Of a DNA stretch of 64,000 nucleotides, positions 12,836 through 26,268 are shown piece after piece; position 1 is the first letter of the stretch, and the number at the start of each line of letters is the position of its first letter. The position numbers and the translations under genes are program-made. The notes under the pieces were generated by a model. The model was given only the letters and a program-made list of their open reading frames with translations. It was not told where the DNA came from and made no database searches. The DNA lies in NCBI GenBank assembly GCA_040954595.2, contig CM082581.2:4208699-4272698 (forward strand). The letters are read 5' to 3'. Source of the DNA: Balanoglossus misakiensis (Eukaryota > Animalia > Hemichordata).

Positions 12836-15800
12836 AATGATGATATTATTCACCTCTAATATCAAAGCCGTTTCGTCTTCGATGGCATCTTCTGGGACTA
12901 CAATGCTGATCCTTTCGTCTTTTTTTGAGGTAAATGTTCCACCTTCTTTCCTGATATCAAATGTGTCTTTATATGGTCTCGAAATTGCGATGAAAAATGA
13001 AAAATGGCAGACTTCTACCTTGATATTATTGTCTACCTGAAAATGAATAAGCATTTAACAATTAATATCATTTTTACTTTTCGTATATGGTCAGAATCTT
13101 TATGAACAAATGAGTAGGCCTCTGGATTGATGATAGTACTGTTCTGCTAGTAAAACAACCGGTTTTCTTGTGACTGTCGGACTATTTTTTGTTTTGCCAA
13201 CTGGAAGGTCAGCAGGCTGCAATGACTGACAATTTAATTACATGTCCATAGATACATACATACCCATACACATATGTGCGTACTGAAATGCAATAATATC
13301 AAGTTAAGAATGGCATTGATATGTAGTAAAATTTCACTGTGCAGATTTGTGACGTGCTTACTTCAATAGTTTTTAACTCTTCCCATGTTTCACCATTTTT
13401 GCTTGTTAGGATGACAAGTTCTCTCTCAAATGGCTGAACAGTTAGACACTTCCTCACAAGGTAGACTGGTTTTTTCAGTGTTATGCTATCTGACTTGAAA
13501 TCAAGGACATCTGACTGATACCATTCAAAGTCTGCAAGAGGGACCTTGGTGATGTTCTTGTTACATGTGACCAATAATGTTGTGTCTTCTTCCACACATT
13601 CTGGTGGGACCTCGAGTGAAAATCCACATGGTAATTTGTAGGAAAATCTTTCCTTTAGGAGGGAAAACAAATCATTACAACTCCAGAAATGGGCTGGAAA
13701 TCTCCACTATTGAAGGTTGCAGTGTTAACTACACAGTGAACACCTATTGCCTGGCCATGAGGGCCATAGCGGCCGTTTATTACACCCGAGGGGCTGTGAG
13801 TTACCAGAATCATATGCTATTTCCCTCGGCCTGCGGCCTCGGGAAATAGCATATGATTCTGGTAACTCACAGCCCCTCGGGTGTAATAAACGGCTGCTAT
13901 GGCCCGAATATAGGCCAGGCTATAGGTGTTTTATAATAAACCTCATGCTAACAGCTGGGAAAATCTTGCAATTTTCTCTTGAGGCTGGCAGACGACATCT
14001 TCAGCGGTGGCCATTGTGTCAGACGACGCGACGCTGATTGACGTGACCGAGTCTGCGCACTCACGCTGGTCACGTGACCGGTTTATTTTTTCTGCTATTT
14101 CCCTAGCGGTTCATAGTCGATTCTATTTTCCTATCACGTGACGGATACTGGCGAATCACGGCACAGTATTAGCATGATGTACATTATAATGTAAATTATG
14201 TCATGAAAGCATTTGCCTGCAAAGTAAAGTTCAAGAGGCCAGATATGATGTATAATTTCAAGGCCTTAAAATATGAACAGTTTTGATACAAAAAGTATTG
14301 CCTACATATTATAACCTGCCATGGTGCATGCTGATGCATTCCAAGTAAGAAAGCCTGTATCAAGTTACACAATTTCTAGATGTTCATCGACAATTGTTTT
14401 ACTGAATATATTTCAATCCTTACAAATATGTATTGCACAACCTATTGAGAAACAAAAATGTGACGATCAAATTAATAAAAATACTCTAATTTTTCTTCAA
14501 TCATCACGCCTACCTCATTAGCAGCGATGAGCACAAGAGTTCTTTGGCCTTTGATATCCTCTGAAATGCAGATTTGTTAGGATAGTTAAATTGGTATACA
14601 TGTACCGGTATGTTTATAACATATTAGTAAATCTTGAAATTGAACATGGTTTTTCATTTGATAATTGCACTGACCTTTTATATTTCTGTTTGTCCTACTA
14701 GCCTGAATATGTTTTATACCTGATCTACTCACTTAACACCCATCTGTAGAGCTTTGCAGGAAACAATTTACTTAGTCCTTAATTTGCTGTTTCCCTGCAG
14801 TATTGCGCATATTAGTTGGTTCAACAGAGTTGATAACAGACCCTCCAACACCATGCATGCACAGCTGTAAACCTAGCTGCCATGTATGCAGTCTTTTGGC
14901 TCCTGAACACACTTACGGGTAAGTACACGACACATCAAACAGTCACATGATCAATGCCATGTTCAGAGTTGAAAATTACAATTCAGCTTGATAAACAATG
15001 TGTCGCTCAAAGTGTGGTTGTCAGGCAAAACTATGAAAAATGTGCTCAAAACTCACCTTGTTGGTGAGGTCCTTGGGTTATTGTGCTCTCTTCCAATTCA
15101 AGGAGCTTATTGATTGCTTTCTGTTTAAGTATATTCCGTTCTTTAAGTTGGTCATTCTCTTTCCGCAAACCGTTTATCTCAATATCATCTTGTTTCCCTT
15201 GGATGACTTTGTCAGTTAATTTCTTTTCTAGTACATCACAATCTTTTCTGACTTCTCTGAGGCTTTTTTCTTCCTCTTTTCCTCTCAGTATTCCTTCAAG
15301 CACTTTCATATCAAATTTCATTTTGTTTAGCTCCTGCCCAGACATTTCAGTTTTAATGGCTTTATCTTCACCAGAAACTTTCTTTGCTAGTACTTCATAA
15401 TCTTTTCTGACTTCTTTGAGTATTTTCTCGGTATATTCCTTTTCTTCCTGGTTTTCTCTCAGCCTTCCTTGTAGCACTACCATCTCAGTTTTCATTTCTT
15501 CCAGATCGATACTAGTAATATCCCTGACAGACAGTTCAGTTTGAACGTGTTTCTCTTCTCTTGACTGTTTTTCAGGGCTGTCAACTATAATGGTAGAAGA
15601 GATGAAAGGTATAAATAGTAGAGACTGGATATTCAAGCTCATCACCGTACCCTGAGGAATCACATACACGTGTTTGATTGCCTAGCCTGTGTTCACAGAG
15701 AGGATATAAGCCAAGCTCTTTCAACACAACATTGGCATATGCCAATTGTTAGGGGCACAAGCCTATCGGGCTTGTGCCCCTATTGGTATTGTTTGGATTT

Positions 15801-18800
15801 TTAGGGCCCAAGCGCACGCAAGCGCTTGGGCTTGGCTTGGGCCCGTATTGGTTTCATTGGGGTTTTTAGGGGTCCAAGCGCCTGGAGCGCTTGGACCACT
15901 ATTGGTTTCGTTGGGGTTTTTCTGTCTTTAGAGCCCAAGCGCACACCAGCGCTTGGGCCCTATTGGTTTCGTTGGGGTTTTTAGGGGCCCAAGCCAAGCC
16001 AGGCTTGGGCCCGTATTGGTTTTGTTGGGGTTTTTCTTTCTTTCTTACGGGCCCAAGCCAAGCCAGGCTTGGGCCCGTATTGGTTTCGTTGGGGTTTTTC
16101 TGTCGTTCCTTCTTTCTTTCTTCTTTCTTTATTCGTTATGTCAATTATTTGTCGCTCTAGATCTCAGACACCACTGCAGGTACAGTTCTCAAACTTGCTA
16201 CAGTGGTCAAGGTCAATGAGTGGTCGTGCATTGAACCCATGAAATTTTTAATTAGTCACGTGACCTGGCGGCCATATTTGATTTTCTGAAAAAATGCAAA
16301 TCTCAGATCTCAGAAACTACAAGTCAGATCGACTTCAAATTTGGAGTGCTGGTAGACTACCTTCTGCCCATCATTTTTGTAATTGGAAATTATGCTGTCA
16401 AAGTTGCAGTTTTTTTGCTACAATTTTTTTTCTACAATATGTTACAAATTTTTGGCGATTTTTCACATGACCTTTGACCTACTTTTCACACATTATTATT
16501 TCTGCATATCTAATTCCAGGCTAACCTATAGGGCTAGACGTTTGGTTTTTGATGCATGTGGATTAGTGTGTGATCAAAATATTTTGCTACTTTTCATGAC
16601 CCCTTTGACCTCTGTTGACCTCATTAATTATGTGCATAGCTAATTACAGCCGAACCAATAGAGCTAGAGGTTTTGTTTTTGTTATTCATGGACCAGTATG
16701 GGGTCAAAATATTTTGTCCAAATGTTGGGTGACCTCGGGTGACCTTTGACCTATTTTTGCATATCTCGACATCCACAGCAGATACAGCCTTGGCGTTTGG
16801 AGGTATGGGGCCATACTGAAAAGCCAAAGTTTTGGGTCACCTGTGACACCTGCTTGACTCATTATTTATGTGCATACCTAATTCCGGGTTAACCAAAAGG
16901 GCTAGAGGTCTGGTTTTTGTTGGACATGGACCACTATGGGTCAAAATTTTCTGCCCAAATTGTGGGTGACCCCTGGGTGACCTTTGACCTACTTAACACT
17001 ATATCAGCACCAAACATAGATATAACCTTGATATTTCATGGGATAAAAGACAGCATTATGTTTCTACTAATTAATTATGTGCATATCTAATAATCAGATC
17101 AGATAATAGAGCTTGGGCCCGGACAATGCTGCTTGCAGCTTTAATTATTATTATTATTCCGAGAAATTTCGGCATGGTAGATCAGGAAAACCGGTCTGAA
17201 ACTTGGTAGGGTGATAGCGGCCAATTAGGAGACGTGCAGTGGATCGTGAATATTTAATTAGTCACGTGACCTGGCGGCCATATTGGATTTCCTGAAATTC
17301 GTTAAACGAGTCCTTCTCCAAAACTACTGGCCTGATCGAGTTCAAATTTGGTGTGCAGGTAGCCTACCTTCTGTCCATCATTTTACCCTATTGAAATCAT
17401 GACGTCACACATAAAGTTTTTTTGCTACAATTGTTTTTTCTGAAAAACTACTTAAAATTTTTAAAATCTTCTTCTCCAGAACCAGCGATTGCCAAGTCAC
17501 GCGATTTGGGATATGTGGTCACCTAACCTATGTCTATCAAGTTTGCGAAGCGCACTGTGATTGGTCGATCATTATGGCGGCCATGTTGGATTTTCGGAAA
17601 ACCATTGAAAAGTGAAAATTCCGTTTTGTAGCCAAAATTTTAACAGCATGGAAATTCTTTTTTTGGATATGAGTCATCATTTGACCGGAAGTTGTCACAA
17701 TGTTTCGGTGCAATTTTCACTTGACCTTTGACCCAGTTTTAAAACAACTAATTATATATGCATATTCCCCATACCTCCTCTTGTAAAATCACCACAGTCA
17801 TGAATTTTGTGGACATGGGTACCAATGCTGCCAAGACATGACACATATATTTTGGTATATTTGGCAATGACCTTTGACCTATTTCTGAGACATCATTTTT
17901 CTGCATATCTAATTCCAGGCTAACCAATAGGGCTAGAGGTCTGGTTTTAGTTGGACATGGCCCACTCTGGGGTCAAAAGTTTATGCCCAAATTTTGGGTG
18001 ACCATGGATGACCTTTGATCTACTTTCCCATATCTCAGCATCCACAGCAGTTAGAGTCCTGGCTTTTGGGGGGCCGATGGAGCACATATGGAGTCTTACA
18101 CAAGACCACATTAATTATGCGCATACCTAATTCTAGGCGAACCAATAGAGTTAGGGGTCTGGTTTTTGTTGGACCTAGACTAGTATGGGGTCCGATTCTT
18201 TTGCCCAAATTTGGGGTGACCTCAGGTGACCTTTGACCTACTTTCCCATATCTTGGTATCCACAGCAGATACAGCCTTGGCATTTGTTGGTTACCATGGG
18301 AACCGCTTGTGCCCCGCCAACGATGCTTGCAGCTTTAATTAATATTGTTATCATCTAAGAGAGATTACTATTTGTGAGATTATTCACCAACCAAACACAT
18401 TAAATTGTATTTACTGGAGAGAGTGGATAGTCAAACTCAGTACATTGTCAACGGAGTGAGTTGACCACTGCATGTACCTGTTGAGTATTATACCATGAGG
18501 AATCACATATACCGGTACACGTGTTTGATTGCCTAGCCTGGCTACACAGAGCAAGAATCAGCTAAGTTATGCTTGTGATTTTTATACCGGCCATTTGACG
18601 TGTTCTTTCAACAGATCACTAGCCCTATGTGCATGTTTGTAATGCTGTTATCATGAATTTCAAAGTAAACTCAAAAACACAGCCTATAACCCTGCAATCA
18701 GCAATTAAAAATAAATTACCAAAGGGTTTACACACCAGGGGTTTCTCGAAACCCTGTTGAAATCGTGCTGTTTTAGGGGCACAAACCAGATAAGGGCGGG

Positions 18801-21800
18801 GCCCTTATTGGTATTGCTGGAGTTTTTAGTTGGGGTTTTAAAGGCCCAAGCCTATTTACCTAATTCTAGGCTAACCAATAGGGTCAGAAGTCTTTTTGTA
18901 CAGGCACCAGTATGGGTGACCTTGAGATGATTGTCCTACTTTCTCATATCTCTGTATCCAGAATAGCTATATGACCTGGCAGTTAAGTTGGAGGTATGAA
19001 ATGCTTATTAATTATGCACATATGTAATTCAAGGCTGACCAATAGGGCTAGAAGTCTGGTTTTGGTTCGACATGGATTAGTTTGGGATCAAAAATTGTTG
19101 ACAAAATTTTGGTTGAACTTGAGATAACCATTTACCTACTTCTAATATTATAGCATCTAGAGCATACTTATGCGGCTTTGGCATTTGGGAGGCTGTAATG
19201 GAGTCTTATGATTTACCTCATTAATTATGTGCATGTCTAGTTCTAGGCCAATCAATATGACTAGGCGTTTGTTTTCTATTGAATAGTAATCGCTATAGAG
19301 CCGCAATTTTCTGTCAAATTTTTGGGTGACCTTTGACCTACTTTCACATATCTCCGGAATCAGGATCTACAACACGTACAGGCGTACTGTTTCTTACCTT
19401 CCGGCACCTCAAAAACATATTTACTTTTCTGTGACATTTTCACCTCATTAATTATTTGCATATATAATTGTCGGCCATCCGATAGGCGTCCAGGTGTCTT
19501 ACTGATTGGGCATTGACTACAAAAGGACGTCGACCAAAATTCCAGTATTGCAGCTTCCCTTAAATGCTCACAATCGACAAAGGAATGTACAAGGGAGAGC
19601 AGATAAGGGAACGATTTAAGGAAAACCTTGCTAACATTTGTTTTGATATGTTTACCTGTGTCTGTGAGTCTAATCTGTTTCTTCTTCCTCTCTATGTTCT
19701 GCACCATGTCTTGGAGTCTTCGCTTAGCTGCACCTATTGCTTCTGGGTTTCCTTCCAGATAAATGCCTGTTGTTTTGAGCGTCAATTTGCCTTTCGTTTG
19801 GTAGAGTTGTTGTCTGATGTCGTCAATGTCTCCTTCACTCTTGTGACGTTTTATGAACCTCATGATGTTTTCATCGACATTCAAACATGTCGACGTTTTC
19901 AAATTGGCTTGTATGAACTCATGCAGATTCTTGACGGCAGGTTCAACATTCTGTATTACTCCAACTACATCCAAAGCATCGCGCTTGACTGTGATATGAA
20001 CGAGGTCGTCCTTCTGTAAGTTGTGGACCAGTCTTTTGAACTCGCCCTTTTCAAACATTCCACTCGTGTCATCTTTGGTTCGTATCTTGTCCACCTTGAA
20101 GCAGCGCTCGATGATTCCGATAACTGCTTTGATAGTATCTATAGATGTAGACGTAATGATGACGTCAGACTCTCTCACTTCAATTCTGGCTTTTAGGTTT
20201 TGATTTTTGATCTGTTGGCATAGATACCGTTTCCCTGGTTTCCTTTGCAGGAAAGCAATGAGGTGTCGCTTCGGTGATCTGTAATATTTTTCGTGAAATG
20301 TCTTGAAGGCTTCGTAAACCTCGCACATTGCTGGACTAAGGTCACCCTGGCAGCCAGTGAAGATTACACATTTAGATTTCCAATCGATTGCAATATCCAC
20401 CGCGTGTCGATCTCTGATAGCATCCAGTTGTTTCGAATTCTGCAGAAGGTACAGACGCCCAGTGCTTTGATTGGAAATCTTAGACGTTTTTCTACGTGAT
20501 TTGCGTTTCAGTTTCTCCAAATAAGCGTTCTCTGATTGTCGAATCTTTTCTATTGCCTTATCCACGTCTAATGTCTTTCCAGTTAGATGAATTTCATGCT
20601 TTTGTTCATCCGTTCGCACTCTGAGCATGCTGGATGGAGTTTTTTCGAGATCTGATAGTACTGATTGCAACACTTTTGGATTGACAGTCACGTTCTTTTG
20701 GCTGTACTGACCGAAGAACTCGGCGAGCGCCGCTTGGCTGTTTTCTTCCCACTCTTGTTTTTTCTTTCTTCCGTTGATAGTTTTACTGGACGAGACGCGT
20801 ATGGTCTCTCCTCCAAGATCACGAAAAACGATTGCGTCTACAGCACCCATGACTCTACGGAATTCATCCCCGTGTTCTCTGTTAGATTCGATAAACTGGA
20901 ACGCATCACGATTGACTGGCAGTGAGTATTCGGAGGTGTTTGACAGGCTTCGCGTCATTTTAGTGGGTTGTGCGAACTCCTGTTCCTGCTCCTTTTGCTT
21001 CGGCGTCATTTGAAAGGGTATTGGGTACACTTTCTCCTCTTGGTACTGCGTTGACGTAACTTGTTCTGAGAATTCTGTCTTCTTATTGTGTGGCGCTTTC
21101 TGAACGTCGGATTCATCATCTTCTTTCGGGTCACCACAGTCCTCTTCGGAATCCACTTCCACGCGGTCGTAAAAAGCTGCCACAGAGAGGTCCTCGCCTT
21201 TGAAGGTGTGTGAGCGAGCCAGCACACGTGTTACGCCTGTGTTTAGAAAGTCATCGGTACTGTGAGATCAGATGAGGCTGGGGCGTGTGGGAATTCACAA
21301 TCCGAAATTTGCAATGAAAATTAAATATCTCGAAATATTGCAAAAAATGTGATTAAATGGGTCTAAATGCTTAAAGGGAAAATGGGAAGAGAAATTTAAA
21401 ATAGAGTTGCAATTTCAAGACCTTACAGTGACCATACGGATTCCATAAAACACCATTCTGTCAAACTTGAGCTGTGTACAAGTCACTTTAGACTACGTAC
21501 AAGGGAACTACATTTACAATAAGGAGGATAATTCAGTTTTATGCTACTTACATGAAGAATCTGTAAATGTTATTTTTGCAGAAGAATTATCTGCATTAAC
21601 AATAACTTTGTAGACATCGCCACCACCACTTCGCTCTTTGTTCTCAAAGTAGAGTTCCAACCGATCTTCGGTGACGTCATCGGGTAAGTCGGTGATGACG
21701 ATCGTTCTTGTCTCATTCACTGGAAACAGCTGTAATCTCGAACGATCCAGAAACTTTTTCTTCTCTGGTCGTCTATCGGACGTGTCGATCATCCTCTTTA

Positions 21801-24800
21801 AATCTAGTAGAATGGACAACGCAAGATCATTTATGTTACTTTCGCATTAACTGGTGTTGTACTCTCTTGAAAAAGTGTTCTCATCATGAAACCGACAAGA
21901 TTCGTGTGATATGGTTCTGATTAATTTATACCACCATTAATTATGTGCATATCTAGTTCTAGGCCAATCAATATGACTAGGCGTTTGTTTTCTATTGAAT
22001 AGTAATCGCTATAGAGCCGCAATTTTCTGTCAAATTTTTGGGTGACCTTTGACCTACTTTCACATATCTCCGGAATCAGGATCTACAACACGTACAGGCG
22101 TACTGTTTCTTGCCTTCCGGCACCTCAAAAACATATTTACTTTTCTGTGACATTTTCACCTCATTAATTATTTGCATATCTAATTGTCGGCCATCCGATA
22201 GGCGTCCAGGTGTCTTACTGATTGGGCATTGACTACAAAAGGACGTCGACCAAAATTCCAGTATTGCAGCTTCCCTTAAATGCTCACAATCGACAAAGGA
22301 ATGTACAAGCGAGATCAGATAATGGAACGATTTAAGGAAAACCTTGCTAACATTTGTTTTGATATGTTTACCTGTGTCTGTGATTCTAATCCGTTTCTTC
22401 GTCTCTATGTTCTGCACCATGTCTTGGAGTCTTCGCTTAGCTGCACCTATTGCTTCTGGGTTTCCTTCCAGATAAATGCCTGTTGTTTTGAGCGTCAATA
22501 TGCCTTTCGTTTGGTAGAGTTGTTGTCTGATGTCGTCAATGTCTCCATCACTCTTGTGACTTTTTATGAACCTCATGATGTTTTCATCGACATTCAAACA
22601 TGTCGACGTTTTCAAATTGGCTTGTATGAACTCATGCAGATTCTTGACGGCAGGTTCAACATTCTGTATTACCCCAACTACATCCAAAGCATCGCGCTTG
22701 ACTGTGATATGAACGAGGTCGTCCTTCTGTAAGTTGTGGACCAGGCTTTTGAACTCGTCCTTTTCAAACATTCCACTCGTGTCATCTTTGGTTCGTATCT
22801 CGTCCACCTTGAAGCAGCGCTCGATGATTCCGATAACTGCTTTGATAGTATCTTTAGATGTAGACGTAATGATGACGTCAGACTCGCTCACTTCAATTCC
22901 GGCTTCTAGGTTTTGATTTTTGATCTGTTGGCATAGATATCGTTCCCCTGGTTTCCCTTGTAGGAAAGCAATGAGGTGTCGCTTCAGAGAATTGTGATAT
23001 TTTTCGTGAAATGAATTGAAGGCTTCGTAAACCTCGCACATTGCTGGACTAAGGTCACCCTGGCAGCCAGTGAAGATTACACATTTAGATTTCCAATCGA
23101 TTGCAATATCCACCGCGTGTCGATCTCTGATAGCATCTAGTTGTTTCGAATTCTGCAGAAGGTACAGACGCCCAGTGCTTTGATTGGAAATCTTAGACGT
23201 TTTTCTACGTGATTTGCGTTTCAGTTTCTCCAAATAAGCGTTCTCTGATTGTCGAATCTTTTCTATTGCCTTATCCACGTCTAATGTCTTTCCAGTTAGA
23301 TGAATTTCATGCTTTTGTTCATCCGTTCGCACTCTGAGCATGCTGGATGGAGTTTTTTCGAGATCTGATAGTACTGATTGCAACACTTTTGGATTGACAG
23401 TCACGTTCTTTTGGCTGTACTGACCGAAGAACTCGGCGAGCGCCGCTTGGCTGTTTTCTTCCCACTCTTGTTTTTTCTTTCTTCCGTTGATAGTTTTACT
23501 GGACGAGACGCGTATGGTCTCTCCTCCAAGATCACGAAAAACGATTGCGTCTACAGCACCCATGACTCTACGGAATTCATCCCCGTGTTCTCTGTTAGAT
23601 TCGATAAACTGGAACGCATCACGATTGACTGGCAGTGAGTATTCGGAGGTGTTTGACAGGCTTCGCGTCATTTTAGTGGGTTGTGCGAACTCCTGTTCCT
23701 GCTCCTTTTGCTTCTGCTCCTTCTGCTTTATTTGAAAGGGGGGTTGTGGGTACACTTTCTCCTTTTGGTACTGCGCTGCCGCAACTTGTTTTGTGAATTC
23801 TATCTTTTTTTTGTGTCGCACTCTCTGAATAATTGGTAAGAATTCCTCCTCATCCTCCTCATCCTCGTCGGCTTCATCATCTTCTTCCGGGTCACCACAA
23901 TCATCCCCTTTCATGTGGTCGTAAAAAGCTGCCACAGAGAGGTCCTCGCCTTTGAAGGTGTGTGAGCGAGCCAGCACACGTGTTACGCCTGTGTTTAGAA
24001 AGTCATCGGTACTGTGAGATCAGATGAGGCTGGGGCGTATGGGAAATCACAAACCGGAATTTGCAATGAAAATTAAATATCTCGAAATAATGCAAAAAAA
24101 TGTGATTAAATGGGTCTAAATGCTTAAAGGGAAAATGGGAAGAGAAATTTAAAATAGAGTTGCAATTTCAAGACCTTACAGTGACCATACGGATTCCATA
24201 AAACACCAATCTGTCAAACTTGAGCTGTGTACAAGTCATTTAGACTACGTACAAGGGAACTACATTTACAATAAGGAGGATAATTCAGTTTAGGCTGCTT
24301 ACATGAAGAATCTGTAAATGTTACTTTAGCAGATGAATTATCTGCATTAACAATAACTTTGTAGACATCGCCACCACCACTTCGCTTTTTGTTCTCAAAG
24401 TAGAGTTCCAACCAATCTTCGGTGACGTCATCGGGTAAGTCGGTGATGACGATCCTGCTTGTCTCATTCACTGGAAACAGCTGTAATCTCGAACGATCCA
24501 GAAACATTTTCTTCTCTGGTCGTCTATCGAACTTGTTAATCACCCCCTTTACATCTAGTGGAATGGACAACGCAAGATCCTTTATGTTACTTTCGCATTT
24601 ACTGGTGTTGAATTCTCTTGAAAAAAGTGTTCTCATCATGAAACAGACAAGATTCGTGTGATATGGTTCTGATTAATTTATACCACCTGTCCAGTTCCGT
24701 TTAAATCTTCAAACAACAAAATTAACAAGTAAAACATAATGTTACACGAAGTCTACTGGAATTTAAGTTCTATCAATGATTACCTATGTCATCTTCAAAC

Positions 24801-26061
24801 GTCACAACAGCTTGATTCTGGTCTCCATCTTTGTCAACCTGAATGACATCACTTCCGGCTAAGTCTTTCAAGAAGGGTCCAAGGCAGTCTGCAGTTGTTT
24901 TTGCAGATACATTCTGTCGATCAAGATGTTCAAATTATTTACCAAAATGGACATGGATATTAAAGTTTCCCGCCAATTACTTTGATTTGCATATTCTGCA
25001 GACAATATGTAAATATTCCTTGAGTATAATTACTAGTATCTCGGTATAGTGGCGAGTCATACAATACATTATACAGTTGCAATACACAATTTTGATAACT
25101 GAATAGTAACGCTTTCGCATTTTGGATTTAACTATTCCATTTCTGGCTCTAGCTCCGCAAAGTGCCTCTTGAACGGACTTGCTTTTGTTGCATATAGGGC
25201 GGTGGGTGTAGCATATAAAATTGTTCATATACCACCGCCTTTAAAGATTTATTCCATTTTGTGTAGGATAATCATTATGACTCAGCTTATACGAGTACCT
25301 CATGCAAAAGGAATGAAGACCGTCCACAACATTATATTAGTATATTTCTTTCTCAGCAGACTTACTTTTATAAGTAACTTCGTACAGTCAATAGGTTTCT
25401 CCGTATATAACTTTACTTTCAGTTTTTTGCCTTGCAGGATATTTGACCGACGAACCACTCTTTCGGCAACTACAAAAATCAAGACAAGAAGTTGTAATGT
25501 ATGCATGGGGTAACCCATATGCCCTTGGGGAATGGGCTGGATGATTACAAAACGTCTGTCTCTGATATATAATACAGAAAGGTTTACTTTCAGGAAGGCC
25601 AAAATGGCTGTGGGGCATTCCATTGGCTTTGTGATCTGTGGAGTTTCTCAGTGCCTGTGGCGGCATTTGTGTAATCAATCCTATAAGTTGTAGTTCTCAA
25701 TCATTGGTTCTCATTTAGTGAAGTTGACACTGGTGTGTTACACTGTATTTCCAAAATTTATTGCAAATAAATCAAGTACAATGTACCAGTAAATGCCATT
25801 GCCCTGCTGTATATTGTATCGATACAAGAAATATTTCAGAAAAGAAATCAGAGCTCGACTGTGATTGCACTTCAGTATATAATAGTACTTCATGTGATAT
25901 TCATGGCACACATTTTTTAACTCAGATCTTGAGACATATTTACTGACACTTACTTGGTTGTCCTTTTTATTGAACTATTCATGAACTATAGCCAGTAAAA
26001 TACACGGTATATTATAAGATACTCGAGTATTTTAGGGGGAAAGCAATTCAATTGGAGTGGT

Positions 26062-26152
<91 letters not shown>

Positions 26153-26205
26153 TTATTTATTTATTATTTATTATTTATTTATTTTTTATTTATTTATTTA
26201 TTTAC

Positions 26206-26268
<63 letters not shown>

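Noticed and set aside
12683-13054. Poly-Ile and poly-Met ORFs
   Set aside because: These translate an intronic (ATG)n microsatellite; only 12854-13036 is exon.
19360-23977. Two separate intronless genes (621 and 633 aa ORFs)
   Set aside because: Both start at non-ATG codons just after splice acceptors and have donors at 19655 and 22371; their tails run into intron sequence.
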